From positions 128,001 through 192,000 of the forward strand of contig CAWJQU010000001.1 in the NCBI GenBank assembly GCA_963845145.1: a stretch of DNA of 64,000 bases, read 5' to 3'. Below are positions 61,287-64,000 of this stretch, piece by piece. How positions within the stretch are numbered: position 1 is the first letter of the stretch; the number at the start of each line of letters is the position of its first letter. The translations under genes were made by a program, and so were the position numbers. The DNA comes from an uncultured delta proteobacterium (GTDB taxonomy: Bacteria > Desulfobacterota > Desulfobacteria > Desulfobacterales > QNYZ01). The notes under the pieces are model-generated. The model was not told the origin of the DNA, made no database searches, and saw only the letters and a list, made by a program, of their open reading frames with translations.

Positions 61287-62035
61287 GGGTTTTTCCCTTC
61301 TTTTGCCTTAATGGCCGGATAGATAACGTCCCGAGCTCGATTTAAGTGGGAGACCATATCAATTTCCGTCCATACCAGATCCTCAATTTTGGCAACATGA
61401 ATGGGATCCTGGGGTGAGATGGTGGACAATGCGGTTTCATAATCAATCTGCTTGGCCCTGGTTTCGTCGTTTTCATACCGTTCACAGATTTTTTGAAACG
61501 TCTTATACGAAAGCTTCGTAATACCAACCAATTCACCGGATAAATGCGATAATGCATTTTTATCTTTGGACATATCGATAAGAACCCCGCCCGCATCCGT
61601 CTCGATATACACTTCGTCTTGCGATTGCGTCCAGCCGCTGGCCAAAACCACATTATGCTCCTGGGTTTGCAAAAGAAATTCGATTGCTTTTTCTTCAAAA
61701 AGAAGATCGGATTCCAGCAGCAAAAAATTTTCCCTTATTAAATCGCGAAGATTAAACAGGGTATAAAAACTACTGGTCTGATCATAAATCGGGTTTTTCT
61801 TCAATTCGATACTCGGAAATGCTTCAGCCAATTTTTCATAATACCGAGATTGATAACCGGTGCCGATGATGAAACGGTTAATCCCGTATTTGGACATAAT
61901 TTTGATGGCGCGTTCAATTAAGGCCACCCCGTCAATTTGAATAAAGCCTTTGGGCTTGTCGTCGATATGCCGGTTGATTCGAAGTCCGAGGCCCCCCGCC
62001 ATGATGACGGCTGTGCGGATGTCGTGCGGTTTCAT
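61274..62035 (-). CDS. phosphocholine cytidylyltransferase (LicC)-like NTP transferase
   Basis: AVIMAGGLGLR...KPK, GTGY, LLLESDLLF, GELVGITK, WTEID. Confidence 0.85.
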   Translation of the reverse strand: MKPHDIRTAVIMAGGLGLRINRHIDDKPKGFIQIDGVALIERAIKIMSKYGINRFIIGTGYQSRYYEKLAEAFPSIELKKNPIYDQTSSFYTLFNLRDLIRENFLLLESDLLFEEKAIEFLLQTQEHNVVLASGWTQSQDEVYIETDAGGVLIDMSKDKNALSHLSGELVGITKLSYKTFQKICERYENDETRAKQIDYETALSTISPQDPIHVAKIEDLVWTEIDMVSHLNRARDVIYPAIKAKEGKNPNIE

Positions 62036-62204
62036 TTAATTTTCCAGTAATATATATTTATCGATGCGTTGCTCATACCATAATCGATAAAGATTGCTCA
62101 ACATCGATTGTAGGTTGATATCTTGATTTTACAAGTTGTTTGTGAAAAGGATGCCCATCGACGCTACCGTAATATCATTGCAGGACCTTTGAAGTCGAAT
62201 CGCT

Positions 62205-64000
62205 ATGACCCTACGCCACCACATCAAAACCAGACAATCACCCCGGAAAGCGCTGTTACGATGGGCCGGCTGGTTTACTTTTTTCAACGCCGTTCTTCTC
62301 GCCCTCGCCATCAGCCGATATTTCCGCTTTACCGGTCCCATCGAGGGCGTTTTGTCATATGTGTATGCTGCCACGATTCTGATCGGTCACCCACTTTTTC
62401 TGACCTTTGGGGTAGCCTTTGCGTTACTGTTTCCGGTCATCCTGATTCGACCCAGTCGGCCGTTAATCTTCAGCCTCGGAATTTTGGCGGCCACTACAGG
62501 TATCGCTGTTTTGATGCTCGATTATGTTGTTTACTCTCAATTCCGGGTTCATCTAAACAAGGTCATGCTCGATTTGGTCATCGGCGGCGGCCGGGAAATC
62601 TTTGATTTCTCCTGGCAAAACTATGCGATAGCGCTGCTGTGTATGGCCGGCATATTGTTTTTTCAAATCTTTATCGCCTCGCTCGTCTGGAAAAAGATCG
62701 TTCGCCAAACCCGTCGCATGAAAGGTTTCCTCCTCACAGGCATGGCCTTTTTATGTATTATCGCGTCGCATGGGATTCACGCCTGGGCAGATGCCCAATA
62801 CTATCGGCCGATTACCGCTTTGACCCGTCACTTCCCCCTTTACTATCCGCTCACCGCCAAGCGCTTGTTACAAGAGTACGGGTTGGTTGATCTGGCCGCA
62901 AGCCGGGTTCAGCAAACCTTAAAAATCAACCCGGGCACGAATAAGACGATGTCGTACCCGCTCTCCAAGCTCCACTTCACCAGCGGTGATCAACGGCTAA
63001 ACGTCCTGTTTATCGCCATCGATTCCTGGCGCTTTGATATGCTGAATCAAGCGGTGACGCCCAACATCCACCGCTTTATTTCCGCACGACCCGTATGGCG
63101 TTTTACACGTCATTTAAGCGGGGGCAACGGCACCCGGATCGGCATTTTTTCGCTGTTTTACGGTTTATCCGGCGTCCATTGGGATGCCATGACCAATGAA
63201 CAAATCGGGCCCGTATTCATTCGCGAGCTGTTGAATCGGGATTACCAAATGGGGATCTTCGCCAGCGCAAAACTGACCACGCCGCCGTTTGACCGGAATG
63301 TATTCATCGACATTAAGAACTTACGCTCAAGTTCCAAGGGTGATAGCGCCTGGGAGCGGGATCAGAGCGTCCTGCGGGACTGGTCGCAATGGCTTGAAGC
63401 ACGAGACTCGAAACAACCATTCTTCGGATTTATTTTTTTTGATGCCGCCCATACCTACAGTATGCCGCCGAATTACCCCGAGGTATTCAAACCTATGTGG
63501 TCTAAGGTCAATTACCTCGCTTTGAATGAAAATCTTGATCCGATACCCTTTTTCAATCGCTACAAAGTCAGTCTTCATTACATTGATTCGCTGGTGGAAC
63601 ACGTCCTGTCCAGCTTAAAACAGAATAATCTTATCGAAAATACGATCATTGTTATTACAGGAGATCATGGCCAGGAATTCAATGATACCCATCGTAACTT
63701 TTGGGGGCATGGGGGCAACTATACCGATTATCAGATTCAGGTGCCCATGGTTATCTATTGGCCTGGACGCGACGCCAAAATGGTTATGCATCAGACCAGC
63801 CATCTGGATGTGGTTCCCACGCTGGTGACCGATCTCTTAGGGTGCCAAAATCCAATAACCGACTATAGCGACGGCCACCACTTATTTGAGGCTGACGGTC
63901 GTGACTGGTTGGTCGTGGGCGGATATTTCAACTATGCCATTCGGGAAATCGACCGTATCACCATGGCTTACTCCAGCGGAAATTATGAAATTTTCGATCT
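62205..64000 (+). CDS. YejM/PbgA-like membrane sulfatase-fold protein (DUF3413); 3' end beyond window
   Basis: Not in the ORF track because it has no stop in the window: RWAGWFTFFN, SHGIHAWADA, PLYYPLTAKR, NVLFIAIDSWR.D, HLSGGNGTR.GIFSLFYG, TGDHGQEFND. Confidence 0.85.
   Translation, partial: MTLRHHIKTRQSPRKALLRWAGWFTFFNAVLLALAISRYFRFTGPIEGVLSYVYAATILIGHPLFLTFGVAFALLFPVILIRPSRPLIFSLGILAATTGIAVLMLDYVVYSQFRVHLNKVMLDLVIGGGREIFDFSWQNYAIALLCMAGILFFQIFIASLVWKKIVRQTRRMKGFLLTGMAFLCIIASHGIHAWADAQYYRPITALTRHFPLYYPLTAKRLLQEYGLVDLAASRVQQTLKINPGTNKTMSYPLSKLHFTSGDQRLNVLFIAIDSWRFDMLNQAVTPNIHRFISARPVWRFTRHLSGGNGTRIGIFSLFYGLSGVHWDAMTNEQIGPVFIRELLNRDYQMGIFASAKLTTPPFDRNVFIDIKNLRSSSKGDSAWERDQSVLRDWSQWLEARDSKQPFFGFIFFDAAHTYSMPPNYPEVFKPMWSKVNYLALNENLDPIPFFNRYKVSLHYIDSLVEHVLSSLKQNNLIENTIIVITGDHGQEFNDTHRNFWGHGGNYTDYQIQVPMVIYWPGRDAKMVMHQTSHLDVVPTLVTDLLGCQNPITDYSDGHHLFEADGRDWLVVGGYFNYAIREIDRITMAYSSGNYEIFD

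Noticed and set aside
62123..63803. Short ORFs listed in the last 2 kb
   Set aside because: All are alternative-frame shadows of the open yejM-like frame starting at 62205

Overview
Bacterial chromosomal window, most likely a Desulfobacterales-type deltaproteobacterium (inferred from gene content and repeat types). The backbone carries gmhB, miaA, leuB, a dnaJ-class chaperone, mnmG, tRNA-Met, LPS/surface-modification genes and a yejM-like gene. Four accessory blocks interrupt it. (1) ~7.1-20.5 kb: an AT-richer run of small unrelated genes separated by eroded attC-like hairpins, with no integron integrase (CALIN-like). It also holds two broken IS elements and an ORF-less group II intron 3' end lying where an attC would be expected. 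(2) 25-39 kb: an amino-acid uptake/catabolism region (M20 hydrolase, livFGMHK, XRE-cupin regulator), then a FadR-type regulator with a perfect operator, a two-subunit flavo-Fe/S amine or amino-acid dehydrogenase and an aldehyde:ferredoxin oxidoreductase. (3) 39-44.6 kb: a sulfite-oxidase-family enzyme divergent from an uncharacterised five-gene operon (LolCDE/MacB-type ABC system, Cys/His-rich membrane protein, secreted tandem NosL/MerB-fold protein). This is my best candidate for an undescribed metal-handling system. (4) 44.6-46.7 kb: a defence island at the tRNA-Met 3' end, collapsed to 2 kb of fused gene stubs, in which only the AbiEi-like antitoxin and its operator survive. Four genes have 1-2 nt frameshifts that may be real or assembly errors. 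No CRISPR array or rRNA was seen. All family calls come from motif recognition by eye, not from database searches.
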